Source: Mobula hypostoma | Taxonomy: Eukaryota | Direction of reading: 5' to 3' | Length of the DNA: 64,000 nt | NCBI RefSeq assembly: GCF_963921235.1 | Contig: NC_086100.1 | Span: 199,704,001-199,768,000 of the forward strand | Shown: in pieces, positions 1 to 12,316 of the stretch | How the letters are laid out: every line of letters begins with the position of its first letter | How positions within the stretch are numbered: position 1 is the stretch's first letter | Position numbers and translations under genes: made by a program | The notes under the pieces: generated by a model | What the model saw: only the letters and a program-made list of their open reading frames with translations | What the model was told of the DNA's origin: nothing | The model's database searches: none

Positions 1-848
1 AATGCTGGTGATATTTGATCATCCCTTGTCGACGAGCAGCCTGGAGAAGCTGTTCTTTAACATTAACATAATGGAAACGAAGAATAACTGGTCTGGGTTT
101 GGATACAGCCGATGCCGACTTTATCCACGGTATACGATGAGCACGATCAAGTCATGGAGGGTCGTTGGGAAAAACTGAACTGAACGTATCCTTTAAAAGT
201 TGAGCAAAGAATATTGCAGGGTCTCCAGCCACAACGTCCTCGGGTAAGCCAATTAGGCGTAAGTTTTGTCTTCTCGATCGATTTTCAAGATCGATAACTT
301 TGGATTTAAGGTGTTGCAGTTGTTTAGTAGTCGAAGCTAAATTCTTCTCTAAGTTCTCAACTTTTGAATCTGTCTTCTGAGACTTACTGTCCAGTTCAGA
401 AATTTTACCTCCATGTTTTTGAACTTCGCGATCCAGAGATTTCAGAGATTCCGTGATTGATTTTAAATCTTCATTAAGGCTTTGGCGATGTTGTTCAAGT
501 TGAGCAGATAAACTTTTGGATAATTTTTGCCGATGTTCCTCGAGCTTTACCTCCAGACACTTCATTATAACCTTGTAAGTTGATCCCGTTTGTTTGGAAT
601 CACCTTTCTTTGTTCCTCCATTCCCGTCAGAGTCTTTCCCATCTTTGGCTTTGGATCTCGTATTTATTTCTTTGAACTCCAAAATTGCAATTTATGAAGA
701 AATCAGTAAAATCGATGAATCAGTAAGATAGAATAAATCTTCTGGTGTGGATAAAATTAATTAGATCGAGGAGATCATAGGTTAAAAAAGATAACGGGAA
801 TGGAGCGAAGCCAGAGACGACCTCACTCCATGAGCGCTCCCTGCAGAA
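1..848 (-). mobile_element. L1-clade LINE 5' end (5'UTR plus disrupted ORF1p), running off the window start
   Basis: ORF 152-682 has a coiled coil followed by LENRSRRQNLRLIGLPE, typical of L1 ORF1p. LDRAHR and RPVILRFH motifs continue past the stop. Confidence 0.8.
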
Positions 849-2371
849 TCCCATTTCAAGATTATCTTATGCAAAGGCACGGCCTTTGTCCCCTTTCCAA
901 TGCCCTTAATGATGTTTACTTCTCCAGAGTCTGTCTCCGCACCAAATTCCAAAACGTTCTTTAATATCAGTGACTGGAAAGCTCCAGTATCTCTCCATAT
1001 TCTAACTGGGACTGGGTTTGACCCCTCCTTCACAGACACAAACCCTTCTGAAGTACACCTCTCGAGTCCTTCCTGAACTCGGTTCGACCCCCTTTTCTTC
1101 AGTGTATTTTAGCCGTCTGAACACAGCCAGTTGGGGTTTTCTCTTTCTCCTTTCCTTTCCCCCTTTTCGTAGCAAAACAATTCGACGCCACATGGCCAGG
1201 TTTTCAACAAGAGTAACACTTAAAACTGGGAAATTTTTCCCCCGACCGTTTCCCTTCCTCCTTACTTTTATCACTAATCCCCGGTTTACTCTCTGGTTTA
1301 GCCGGTGGATTATCTCTACTCCCTTGTGGGTTACTCTTAGTGGGGAAAAATTTTACTTTATGAGTTAGGGCATATTTGTCTGCTAACTTAGCAGTTTCTG
1401 ACAGTGTCGCCGCCCTTTTTCATCTAAGGGCGTCCTTATCTCAGCCGAGACGCAGTTTTTAAACTCTTCAATCAACATTAACTCTCTTATGTTGCCAACA
1501 CTCTCAACCGCCCCTTTTGAAGCACACCACCGATCAAAGTATACCCGTTTCTCATGGGCAAACTCCCCATATGTTTGGTTCCAGGACTTCCTCAAACTTT
1601 GAAACCTTTGTCTGTACACCTCTGGGACTAACTCATAAGCCTTAAACACAGCATCCTTCACTTTTTTATAATCCTTTGCGTCTTCGAGAGACAGGGCTGC
1701 ATATGCTTGCTGAGCCTTTCCCTTAGCCGCACTTTGTAATAACACTGCCCATTGCTCCTGCGGCCACTCCCGATTACGGGCCACTTTCTCGAAATGTAGG
1801 AAATACCTATCAATTTTGGCTTCATCAAATGGAGGTACTAACTTGATTTCTCGACTGACACTAAACCCCTCCTCACGGTTCACCATCTGAGCGTTCTGTT
1901 GCCATCTCTCCCTTTCAAATGCTCTCTGTCTCTCTGCCTCTTCTCTGTTTCTCTGCCTCTCTAACCTCATGGATCCTCTGTTTTTCTGCGGCCTCAGCCT
2001 CGAGCTGTAGTAATTCCAATTTCAGTTTCAACTGAGCTTCAGCCTCAGCATGTACCTTACCTTCAGCAAATAACTCTAATGCCTCCTTCTCAAACGTTCC
2101 CTTAGCTACAGAATGCTGGGCTATTATCATCTGCATCTGAACTTTCCTCATTTTAGTGGTCACCCTTAGTTTTAACCTTTGAGCAATTCCCAACAGCAAA
2201 TCTCTCTTAGCATCCTCCAACGCCTCAGGGGTTGGTTCTGCCAAAAACTTATTAACTTCAAAATCCATTTCTGCTGATATTCCACACAACCAAATCAAAG
2301 GAAGTTTTCCCATTCAATTCAAAGCACCCTCCCGACCAATTTGTTCATATCGCAGATGCAGGCCCCAATTT
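849..2371 (-). mobile_element. Gypsy/Gmr1-like LTR retrotransposon internal fragment (gag, zinc knuckle, protease), degraded
   Basis: ORFs 1915-2313 and 1383-1970 (LVPPFDE..YFLHFEKVA..W..WAVLLQ..GKAQ..AYELVPEVYRQRF). CYSC*KPGHVASNC knuckle near 1180-1220. RDTGA protease motif in ORF 782-1039. Degenerate tRNA-Pro-like PBS next to the LTR (~2350-2369). Confidence 0.8.
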
Positions 2372-2525
2372 TGTCATGTACCCCGTGACAGGGATAAAGA
2401 AACCAGCAGAAATGGAAACCACTTTGGAGTCTCGTATTGCCATAAACTACTAATATTTATTAGTAACACACATCAAAGTTGCTGGTGAACGCAGCAGGCC
2501 AGGCAGCATCTCTAGGAAGAGGTAC

Positions 2526-2561
2526 AGTCGACGTTTCAGGCCGAGACCCTTCGTCAGGACT
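2526..2561 (-). ncRNA. Minimal type I hammerhead ribozyme motif in Penelope terminus
   Basis: Reverse complement reads AGTC-CTGACGA-AGGGTCTCGGCCT-GAAA-CGTC-GACT: conserved core with stem I AGTC/GACT. Confidence 0.75.
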
Positions 2562-5004
2562 AACTGAAGGAAGAGTGAGTAAGAGATTTGAAAGTTGGAG
2601 GGGCAGGGGGAGATCCAAAATGATAGGAGAAGACAGGAGGGGGAGGGATGGAGCCAAGAGCTGGACAGGTGATTGGCAAAAGGGATATAAGAGGATCATG
2701 GGACAGGAGGCCCAGGGAGAAAGATGGGGGGGGGGGGGGGACAACCCAGAGGATGGGCAAGGGATATAGTCAGAGGGACAGAGGGAGAAAAAGAGTGAGA
2801 GAAAGAATGTGTGTATAAAAATAAATAACGGATGGAGTACGAGGGGGAGGTGGGGCATTAGCGGAAGTTAGGGAAGTCGATGTTCATGCCATCAGGTTAG
2901 AGACTACCCAGATGGAATATAAGGTGTTGTTCCTCCAACCTGAGTGTGGCTTCATCTTTACAGTAGAGGAGGCCGCGGATAGACATGTCAGAATGGGAAT
3001 GGGATGTGGAATTAAAATGTGTGGCCACTGGGAGATCCTGCTTTCTCTGGCGGACAGAGCGTAGATGTTCAGCAAAGCGGTCTCCCAGTCTGCGTCGAGT
3101 CTCGCCAATATATAGAAGGCCCCATCGGGAGCACCGGACGCAGTATATCACCCCAGCTGACTCACAGGTGAAGTGTCGCCTCACCTGGAAGGACTGTCTG
3201 GGGCCCTGAATGGTGGTAAGGGAGGAAGTGTAAGGGCATGTGTAGCACTTGTTCCACTTACACGGATAAGTGCCAGGAGGGAGTTCAGTGGGGAGGAATG
3301 GGGGGGACGAATGGACAAGGGAGTCGCGTAGGGAGTGATCTCTGCGGAAAGCAGAGGTGGGGGGAGGGAAAGATGTGCTTAGGTATGGGATCCCATTGGA
3401 GGTGGTGGAAGTTACGGAGAATAATATGTTGGACCCAGAGACTGGTGGGGTGGTAGGTGAGGACCGGGGAACCCTATTCCTAGTGGGGTGGCGGGAGGAT
3501 GGAGTGAGAGCAGGTGTACGTGAAATGGGGGAGATGCGTTTGAGAGCAGAGTTGATAGTGGAGGAAGGGAAGCCCCTTTCTTTAAAAAAGGAGGACGTCT
3601 CCCTCGTCCTAGAATGAAAATCCTCATCCTGAGAGCAGATGCGGCGGAGACGGAGGAATTGCGAGAAGGGGATGGCGTTTTTGCAAGAGACAGGGTGAGA
3701 AGAGGAATAGTCCAGATAGCTGTGAGAGTGAGTAGGCTTATAGTAGACATCAGTGGATAAGCTGTCTCCAGAGACAGAGACAGAAAGATCTAGAAAGGGG
3801 AGGGAGGTGTCGGAAATGGACCAGGTAAACTTGAGGGCAGGGTGAAAGTCGGAGGCAATGTTAATAAAGTCAACGAGCTCAGCATGCGTGCAGGAAGCAG
3901 CGCCAATGCAGTCGTCGATGTAGCGAAGGAAAAGTGGGGGACAGATACCAGAATAGGCACGGAATATAGATTGTTCCACAAACCCAACAAAAAGGCAGGC
4001 ATAGCTGGGACCCATACGGGTGCCCATAGCTATACCTTTAGTTTGGAGGAAGTGGGAGGAGCCAAAGGAGAAATTATTAAAAAGTGAGGACTAATTCTGC
4101 TAGACGGAGCAGAGTGGTGGTAGAGGGGAACTGATTGGGTCTGATTGAATCCAGGTAACTTCCGCCACCTCCAATGGGATCCCACCACCAAGCACATCTT
4201 TCCCTCCCCCCCCCGCTTTCCGCAGGGACCGCTCCCTACGCGACTCCCTTGTCCATTCGTCCCTCCCATCCCTCCCCACTGATCTCCCTCCTGGCACTTA
4301 TCCTTGTAAGCGGAACAAGTGCTACACATGCCCTTACACTTCCTCCCTTACCACCATTCAGGGCCCCAGACAGTCCTTCCAGGTGAGGCAACACTTCACC
4401 TGTGAGTCGGCTGGGGTGATATACTGCGTCCGGTGCTCCCGATGTGGCCTTCTATATATTGGCGAGACGCGACGCAGACTGGGAGACCGCTTTGCTGAAC
4501 ACCTATGCTCTGTTCGCCAGAGAAAGCAGGATCTCCCAGTGGCCACACATTTTAATTCCACATCCTATTCCCATTCTGACATGTCTATCCACGGCCTCCT
4601 CTACTGTAAAGATGAAGCCACACTCAGGTTGGAGGAACAACACCTTATATTCCGTCTGGGTAGCCTCCAACCTGATGGCATGAACATCGACTTCTCTAAC
4701 TTCCGCTAATGCCCCACCTCCCCCTCGTACTCCATCTGTTATTTATTTTTATACACACATTCTTTCTCTCACTCTGCTTTTTCTCCCTCTGTCCCTCTGA
4801 CTATACCCCTTGCTCATCCTCTGGTTCACCCCCCCCTCTTGTCTTTCTCCCCGGACCTCCTGTCCCATGATCCTCTCGTATCCCTTTTGCCTATCACCTG
4901 TCCAGCTCTTGGCTCTATCCCTCCCCCTCCTGTCTTCTCCTATCATTTTGGATCTCCCCCTGCCCCTCCCACTTTCAAATCTCTTACTAACTCTTCCTTC
5001 AGTT

Positions 5005-5040
5005 AGTCCTGACGAAGGGTCTCGACCTGAAACGTCGACT
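5005..5040 (+). ncRNA. Minimal type I hammerhead ribozyme motif in Penelope terminus
   Basis: AGTC-CTGACGA-AGGGTCTCGACCT-GAAA-CGTC-GACT. Confidence 0.75.
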
Positions 5041-5969
5041 GTACCTCTTCCTGGAGATGCTGCCAGGCCTGCTGCGTTCACCAGCAACTTTGATGTGTGT
5101 TGCTTGGAAGTCCAGCATCTACAGAATTCCTGTTGTTTGCATATTTATTAGTAACTACGCAATACAGTAATATAAATGTAGATTAATCAAACAGGTTAGC
5201 AATGATTATATATAAAAGTAAGTGTGGAATATATATGTATGAAAAAACCAAGCTTTAAGTCTAGGGGTAAAAAGATACAGTCTTACGATGTTGAGTAAAG
5301 TTCAGTTCGTGGTATTTAGTTGAATAGTGATGGAGAGAGAGAGAGATTTGAGTCTTCAGGTGAGCTGACGCCGTCGATCTTCTCCTCGTCCTCCAAAATC
5401 CTTTACAAGTCACTGACTGTGACTTTAACCAGGGGGACCAGTCTTTTGTGGTGGAGCTATCACCTAGGCGAGGGTGGACACATAGACAACATCCCACCAG
5501 TCAACCCCTTCTCCTTCAAACTGGAATAGCAATTTGGATCGATCCGCCTGATCGATCCTCCAAAACCCACTTTCTCTGCGGGCACAGCAATGCTCATTCA
5601 GTGTCCAGAACATGTGTCCTGAGGTCTGTATCATCTGACCTCCCATTCATCTCACCAGGCTGAGCATCACCTGTCACTCAAAGAGTCCCTCCTTCCTTTG
5701 TCTGTAAAGAAGTGCACAAGCAGGCAGCAAGTCCTTGAAAGTAACATCAACAATCTGCCTTTGGTCACCATAGCAACCTTCGAGCTGCTCGGTGCTGTCT
5801 CCAACTCCAAACGCAGTAGAAATCCAAAGTTACTTCCAATGCCTTAAAGTGACAGTCCAACCGTTAATCTTGGTCTTTCTCTCTCCTTTCCAAACAAACC
5901 ATCAATGATGAATGTCTCTCTCTGTCTCTCTTCAAACAGGTAATAGGGGCATTCCTGGATCCCCTCACA

Positions 5970-7770
5970 CATTTGACTGGTCTTTCAGAGGTCTTTGGGG
6001 TAGTATCAAGTGAAGTCATTCAGGGGAACCAGTAGATGTGATGTATTTGGATTTTCAGAAGGTTATTGAGAAGGTCTCTCACTGGAGATTGGTGAACATG
6101 TTTAGAGCACATGGAGTTGGGAAGAGAAGATGAGAGCACTTGGAATTGGGAGAGGTTTCCAGCATGGACTGAACATTGGTTAATGTAGAGAAAGGAAATG
6201 GTAGGAAGGAATGGGTCCTTCTCACATGACTGGTCTGTGAACCGTGGGGTGTTTCAGACAGGGATCAGTGCTTGGGCCCCAGTTATTCACAGTCTGTTAT
6301 TTGTCTGAGGAGACCAAAAGTAAAATTTCTAAGTTTACTGAAATGGGAAAGTGAGTAGAGATGAGGGATAAAGAGGTTGCAAGGGGATAAAGACAATCAG
6401 TGAGAGGACAACAGCGGGGCAGATGGAGCTAGTGTAGAAAATGGGGAGAGAAACATCAATACTGACCATTGTTTAAATGCTGAGGGACTGGGGAATGTTC
6501 ATGTTCACAGGGACCTGGGTGACCTTGTACACCGGTCACTGGCAGCCAACATGCACAGACAGCAGGCAGGTAAGATGGAAACATTGGCCTTTAATGCAAG
6601 GGGATTTGAGGAATGATGACCCACTGTGACTATAGAGAGTCTCAGTGTGACTGCACCCAGGGTTCTGGGGAAAGGGTTAGTGTCCTTGTCTGTAAAAGAT
6701 GTACCCGGCACAGGGGGAGAGCATCAAAGCTTCACCTGATCGGTTCCTGGGACGGCAGCTCTGACATATGAGGACAGACTGAGTCGACTGGCCACGGACT
6801 CCTGGCAGTTTGGAAGAATGAGGCAGGACCTGGGGGATGTAAAATCCTGAGGGGCTTCACAGGGTAGAGACAAGGAGGATGGTCTCTGTGACGGAGGGGT
6901 CCAGAGTGAGAGGGCAGACTAAGGGGGAGGCCATCAGGGACTGAAGTGAGGATAGACATCTTCACTGGGGATGATGAATCATTGGGATTCTCCACCCTGG
7001 AGCTGTAGAGAGAGGCTCAGGGACTGGCTGGGCTCAACACAAGATCAACAGATTTCTGGGAATGACAGGGATCAGGGATATTGGGATAAGGGTGGGAAAT
7101 AGTGTTGATGTTGAACAAAGGGACATGGAAATAGAAACCCATCATTAATAGTGGCGTCACAGGTAGACAGGGTCATAAAGAAAGTATTTGGTGCATTGTC
7201 CTTCAGAAATCAGGACCCTGAGTACAGGAGTTGAGATTTGGAAGTTGGACAACACTTTGGAGAGACCTAATTTGGAGTATTGTGTACAATTCTGGGCATC
7301 TCCCCACTGGAAAGATATTAATAAGCTTGAAAGAGAGCAGAGACAATTTACAAGAACGTTGCTGTGACTTGAGGACCTGAGTTATGGGGAAAGGGTGAGT
7401 AGGTGAGGACTTTATTGACCATGAACGTAGGAGAATGAGAGGTGTACACAATTGAGGTGCATGCCAGCAGGCTTTCCCCTCAGGTTGGGTGAGATTCGTT
7501 CATAGAATTTTGGCGAAAGGTAAAATATTTAAGGGAAACATGAGGGAGAACTTTTTCACTCAGAAGGTGGTGCAAGTGTGGAACAAGCTGCCAGTGAAAG
7601 TGGTAGGTGTGGATTTGATTATAAAATTTGAGGTTAGTTTGCATAGCTACATGAACAGGAGGGGTTTGGAGGGATTTGTTTCAGTTGCAGGTAGATCAGC
7701 CAGGGAGGAGATTGAGTCAGCATGGACTGGATGGGCCAAAGGGTTTGTTTCTGTGCTATTGTGCTCGATG
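5970..7770 (+). mobile_element. Old CR1-type LINE RT/3' fragments (at least two)
   Basis: Degenerate [24 protein letters not shown] and NFFTQKVV motifs with many stops. Confidence 0.7.
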
Positions 7771-7929
7771 TAGAAGACCAACCATGTCGTTGATGAACAA
7801 CAGTATAGACTTGATGGGCTGAACAGCCTGCTGCTGTCTGATATATCTTCAGAATCTCTTCGAGCATCACACTTTCTGACTGTCCCCCAATCCTCCTCTA
7901 CCTTCTGAAATGGTTTTTAATTACTTCCC

Positions 7930-8200
7930 TCCTCACCCTATCCCTCAATCCTGCCTTACCCCATCCCTCAATCCTGCCTTACCCCATCCCTCAGTCCTGC
8001 CTTACCCATCACGCAATCTCTCCTCAGCCCATCCCTCAATCACACCTCACCCTATCCCTCAATCCTACTCTACCTTCTGAAATGGTTTTTAAATCACTTC
8101 CCTTCTCACTCTGTCCCTCAATCCCTCCTCATGCTATCCCTGAATCCCACCTCACTCTACTCCTCACCCTCTCCCTTAATTTCCCCACCCTATCCTTCAA
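7930..8200. repeat. Short pyrimidine-rich tandem repeat (~23-bp CCCCATCCCTCAATCCTGCCTTA unit, degenerating)
   Basis: Direct repeats visible at 7940-8070. Confidence 0.6.
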
Positions 8201-8590
8201 TCCATCCTCACAATATCTCTCTTCCCCTCGTCAACCTATACAGTATGTCAGTCCCTCTTTGGAGTTCCCCTGATCCCATCACTCAAAGCACCTCAATTCC
8301 AACACTAGATCCTCATTTCCCACCCTCCACCCTCACATTTAGTCTCTACCCTCTTGATACCTGTTACCTTTCTCCAGAAATACTTCTCATTGATCCCTGA
8401 TCTGATTCATCAATTATTCCCTGATTTGATAAACTATCAATCAAAAACATTCCTTCTGCTCTGCTGATCCTTTTGATGATTTGTGATTGGATTTGGATTT
8501 GAACGCTCTGTGATTTACTCTGCCCAATCCTTCCGAGACAGACAGTTTCCTTCATCTGTCTCTCACTGAGTAACGATATTTAAAGCGACA

Positions 8591-11500
8591 TTACCAAGAC
8601 TGAATGGTTGTATTATACGTCTTGTTCATTTCTTCCCTCACCACATCCCAGCCAATGTTCCAGCTTCCATCGATCTTTGCAGGCTTTGCTCCATATTCAT
8701 CAGCAAACTGCTGATTGAAAGTGCAGAAAACCTTCTTCCAATATGATGCTGCCTGTGCGGAAATTTCCCGTTGGAAAATCCAGGATTTGTAGTAATCATT
8801 GACTGTTTGATAGTCCTTGTAGGGATGCCATTCCCAATTTGTGTCTTTATTTTTGAATTGTTTATCACCTGCGACTAAAGCTGTGCAGATATCCATTACA
8901 AGACATTCACTGTCTGTCCATCGATATCCGTTGAGCCCTTGAGGTCTGTGCTGTTTACAGGAGTGTTGTGAGTGTACCGGGGTCTCTGAGTCACAGAAAA
9001 CCCCACAGAGAGGACATTTCTTTGTACAATTGAATAACCCTTTGAACAACTCCTCCCTGGGTTTAATGGATAATTCTTCAATCTTTGCTTCGACATCCCA
9101 GCCTTTTACCTCACGGAGGAGATCCTGCTCCACCTCTTCAATACATGGCAGAATGGCTTCTGCACATTTCTTGCCATCACTATCACCATGAAACAGAACG
9201 AGTTTCATCTCATCTTTGGGCATCGAGATTCTTGTGTTTAACTCATCAACAAACGTGTTTAGGAAGTTCTGAGCATTTCCAGCAAAGTTCTGATTCACTG
9301 CATCCTGAACAATGTCCTTAGCTTGCCCAGTGATCTCGGTGAGGATTTCTTTAACCAGATGGGTAAATGTGCTCTCTCCATCATGTTCTGTCTTGCAGTG
9401 TCTAATAACTTGCTGATGGAGCCAGTCTTTGGAGAAATTCTCAAAGTCGGTAATGTACTGGAGATATTTATCAAATTGATGTGTTTGTTTCAGGTGGACC
9501 AGGAGGGCCACAGTGAAGTTGTTGCGGAGACTGTACTTTCGTTCAGGGTCATGGTTTTTCATATCGTCCACGATTTTCACACTGAGACTCTTGAGGGTGG
9601 CGTCTTGGAGAGCTGGCAAGAAACAATATTGTGCAAATCGATCTGCTTGTCTCTGGTTCTCATCCTGCTCTGTGTAAATAGCTTTGAAAAGATCAAAGTA
9701 TTGACTTCTCATGTTTTCCAGTTTTCTCCGTGGGTCGTGTTTGTGAATGAACCTCTTGTGCATCTCCTGGAATTTTGGTGCAGCATAACCACACAGGTGA
9801 AGTTTAAACTCAGCCTTGAAAACCTCAGTCATTGAAATGTATTGATGTGAAATATTGTCAACTTTTTTCTCTATGATTTTAAAAAGTTCAATGGAATATT
9901 TTTTGTCATAATCCATGTCCTTGTTTGTGATGGCAGTGATCCAATGTCTGCATTCATCCTCGATGGGCTTTGTAATCATTGCTGCTTGATCGAGATCTGA
10001 TTTCAATCCGAATGGAATGAATTTACCTGCACCCCATCTCCAATATGACACGTTGATGTGTTTCTCTTCAATCTGAAAGTACTGGGTCCCCAGTTTACAG
10101 AGATTTTCACGTTTCAGTCTTTCATTAATGACTCTCCCTTGAGATTTTGTTTCCTCTCTGAGAAGATCTTCAATCTCCTGTTTGATGTGTCTTTCTCTAC
10201 AGGGCTGATACTCCAGCTGAGAGAGTGTACTTTTCCACATTCCTCCAAATTCAGTTTGCAATTCCTGTTCACCCAACACCCGATTTGCTGCTTTACACTT
10301 CGGTAAAAGCTCCTTGACCTGTTCTCCAATCTTCTGAAAGTTATTACAAATATCATCCACTCCCTGCAGTCCCACCCGTCTATTCACGGCATCTCTACAT
10401 CTCTGCATTGAATCGTGCTGAAGTCGGCTGCATAAACTGGAGATGCTGAGCTTAAATTCCTCTCTGTAATTCTCCATCAGATGCACGTTATCAGCCCCAC
10501 TTTCATACAGAGCTTGTAGTTTATCCAGAGTGTCACCCCCCCTTTTGTTCATCTCTGTCCTGATCTCCCTCTCCAGATTATGGAGCAGTTCGGTGAGATC
10601 TCCTCTGGCATTGCTGATTCTGTTTTCAGCCTCATTTCCCCAGGAGTGACTGAATTTGTGGAGTTCCCACTCCCAGTCCTTGTACTTCATGGAGAGGTGG
10701 TTGTAAGCCTCTGCGACCAGACTGTTCTGGAAGCTGAAAATGAAATTTTCATGTTTCACCTGCTCCCAAAGCCCAGCCATCCATTTGATAAAGTCCGGGA
10801 TAGTGAAAGCTCTTTGGCTTTTGCTCTGTTGGAGTAGACACTGAATTAGGTTGTTCTTCAGTTGGGAGACGTGTTCACTGTAGCCGGTGTTGACTGCAGC
10901 CATTGGGGGTGTACCATGCCACAGACCAGGGATGTACCAGTTGTCCTTGTCAGCATCATAGTCCATCACATCACGGAACGTTACTCGGTCCACCTTCTCC
11001 AGCTTTGCTGCAGCCGCTGTCATCTTATCCAGCTGTTCCAGGAGTTTCTGACGGCCTCTCAGATTCTGATCGTGCGCACTCACATCGCCGACGTTCTGGT
11101 GCACAAATATGCACTTTGGCCCTTTTCCTGTCTCCTTCATGCGGATTAAGGAATGAACAACAATCTGTAAAATATCCTTCATCTCTGACAGATTTTCCAT
11201 CCCGATGTTTACCAATGTTAAGTTGCTTAATCCAACCACGAACGTTGCCAGCTCATTGTCGTGCTCGTAGCTGTCTGTCAGTGTTGCGAGTTCTGGGGCT
11301 TTCAGCCCCTCTGTGTCAATGACCAGGATGAACTCACAGCCCAGCTCCTCGACCAGGCTCCCTGTGACTTTGATCAACTGCATGTAGGCCCCTCGAGTAC
11401 ATCGGCCGCTGCTCACAGCGAACCGCAAACAGAACATTGTGTTGAGGAGTGTGGACTTGCCCGTGCTCTGAACTCCAATCACCGTCAGCACAAACACTTG

Positions 11501-12316
11501 GCAAGCTCTTCCCACTTTGTTGGCCACTTCTGTGAGTACGGAAGTGATCCATGGAACGGGAACGTTGGAAACATCTCCATCGATGAGTTCCAATGGGAAC
11601 CCTTCGAGCAACAGTTCAGCAGCAACACCTGGGAACTGCGACACCTTTGGGTGGATCTGTGTCCTTCGGGTGACGTTGTGTCGTGTCACTGAAAGTTCAT
11701 AAACCTGGCCAAGTTCCCTCATGAAATGCTCGAGTCCCAGGGAACTATCAGACATCTTCTGATCCAACTCCTTCAATTCCTTCACCTTCTGCTTTGAGTC
11801 TTTGTACAGTTCTTTATATTTTCTACACAATCCTGCCATAATTTCCCATGATTTACTGTCCAGCTCCAGCTTCAGCCACCGTAGGGAAATGGCTCTGTCA
11901 ACCCCACCATGACGGGTGAGGTGTTCAATGAACAGCCACATCTCTTCCGACAGACTCTGTCTGAGCTGAGCTTCCCGGATTCTGTTCTTCTCCCGGTCCA
12001 GTTCCTGGTTATACACTTCTGTGGTTCTGTCCCCACGGAGTTTCATCCGAGATTTCTCTTTTTCAACTTTAGACAACCCTTGCCAGGGCTCTCCATGAAA
12101 GGGCAACACTCTCCTTTTATACCCAGTAATGCCTCCTGAGTCAAGTCTGTCCAGTATTTTGGTCAGTTCCTTGGCTCGTTGTATTTCAGGTTGACATTCA
12201 TCGACCTCAATCCCACTTTTCATCGCAATGTCAGCCATTTGCTCCAGGCTCAGCAAGGTCTGGTCCCTGTCCCTCATTAGAATTACTTGTTTGATCTGAG
12301 AACGGAGCTTTTCCAC
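8591..12316 (-). CDS. Intact 1241-codon frame of the VLIG/GVIN1-like GTPase containing the whole G domain
   Basis: G1 GVQSTGKST (~11450-11476), RCTRG, G3 DTEG, HDNELAT, FVHQNV, LWHGTPPMA; C-terminal CPLCGVFC...HRPQG typical of GVIN1-family proteins. Confidence 0.85.
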   Translation of the reverse strand: MEKLRSQIKQVILMRDRDQTLLSLEQMADIAMKSGIEVDECQPEIQRAKELTKILDRLDSGGITGYKRRVLPFHGEPWQGLSKVEKEKSRMKLRGDRTTEVYNQELDREKNRIREAQLRQSLSEEMWLFIEHLTRHGGVDRAISLRWLKLELDSKSWEIMAGLCRKYKELYKDSKQKVKELKELDQKMSDSSLGLEHFMRELGQVYELSVTRHNVTRRTQIHPKVSQFPGVAAELLLEGFPLELIDGDVSNVPVPWITSVLTEVANKVGRACQVFVLTVIGVQSTGKSTLLNTMFCLRFAVSSGRCTRGAYMQLIKVTGSLVEELGCEFILVIDTEGLKAPELATLTDSYEHDNELATFVVGLSNLTLVNIGMENLSEMKDILQIVVHSLIRMKETGKGPKCIFVHQNVGDVSAHDQNLRGRQKLLEQLDKMTAAAAKLEKVDRVTFRDVMDYDADKDNWYIPGLWHGTPPMAAVNTGYSEHVSQLKNNLIQCLLQQSKSQRAFTIPDFIKWMAGLWEQVKHENFIFSFQNSLVAEAYNHLSMKYKDWEWELHKFSHSWGNEAENRISNARGDLTELLHNLEREIRTEMNKRGGDTLDKLQALYESGADNVHLMENYREEFKLSISSLCSRLQHDSMQRCRDAVNRRVGLQGVDDICNNFQKIGEQVKELLPKCKAANRVLGEQELQTEFGGMWKSTLSQLEYQPCRERHIKQEIEDLLREETKSQGRVINERLKRENLCKLGTQYFQIEEKHINVSYWRWGAGKFIPFGLKSDLDQAAMITKPIEDECRHWITAITNKDMDYDKKYSIELFKIIEKKVDNISHQYISMTEVFKAEFKLHLCGYAAPKFQEMHKRFIHKHDPRRKLENMRSQYFDLFKAIYTEQDENQRQADRFAQYCFLPALQDATLKSLSVKIVDDMKNHDPERKYSLRNNFTVALLVHLKQTHQFDKYLQYITDFENFSKDWLHQQVIRHCKTEHDGESTFTHLVKEILTEITGQAKDIVQDAVNQNFAGNAQNFLNTFVDELNTRISMPKDEMKLVLFHGDSDGKKCAEAILPCIEEVEQDLLREVKGWDVEAKIEELSIKPREELFKGLFNCTKKCPLCGVFCDSETPVHSQHSCKQHRPQGLNGYRWTDSECLVMDICTALVAGDKQFKNKDTNWEWHPYKDYQTVNDYYKSWIFQREISAQAASYWKKVFCTFNQQFADEYGAKPAKIDGSWNIGWDVVREEMNKTYNTTIQSW

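Larger units (their letters stand above)
2468..5140. mobile_element. Penelope-like element, inverted composite: minus copy ~2468-4154 (RT + GIY-YIG) and plus copy ~4155-5140
   Basis: ORF 2897-4027 has MGTRMGPSYA and RYIDD RT motifs, then VIYCVRC..LLYIGETRRRLGDRFAEH (GIY-YIG). ORF 4383-4709 is the same C-terminus on the + strand. Confidence 0.92.
2372..5969 (-). mobile_element. 5' LTR (~0.9 kb) of the Gypsy element, split by a Penelope insertion
   Basis: Minus-strand termini TGTGAG (5969) and TGACA (2372) abut the PBS. The two halves rejoin across duplicated ATATTTATTAGTAAC (2453-2467 and 5141-5155). Confidence 0.65.
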
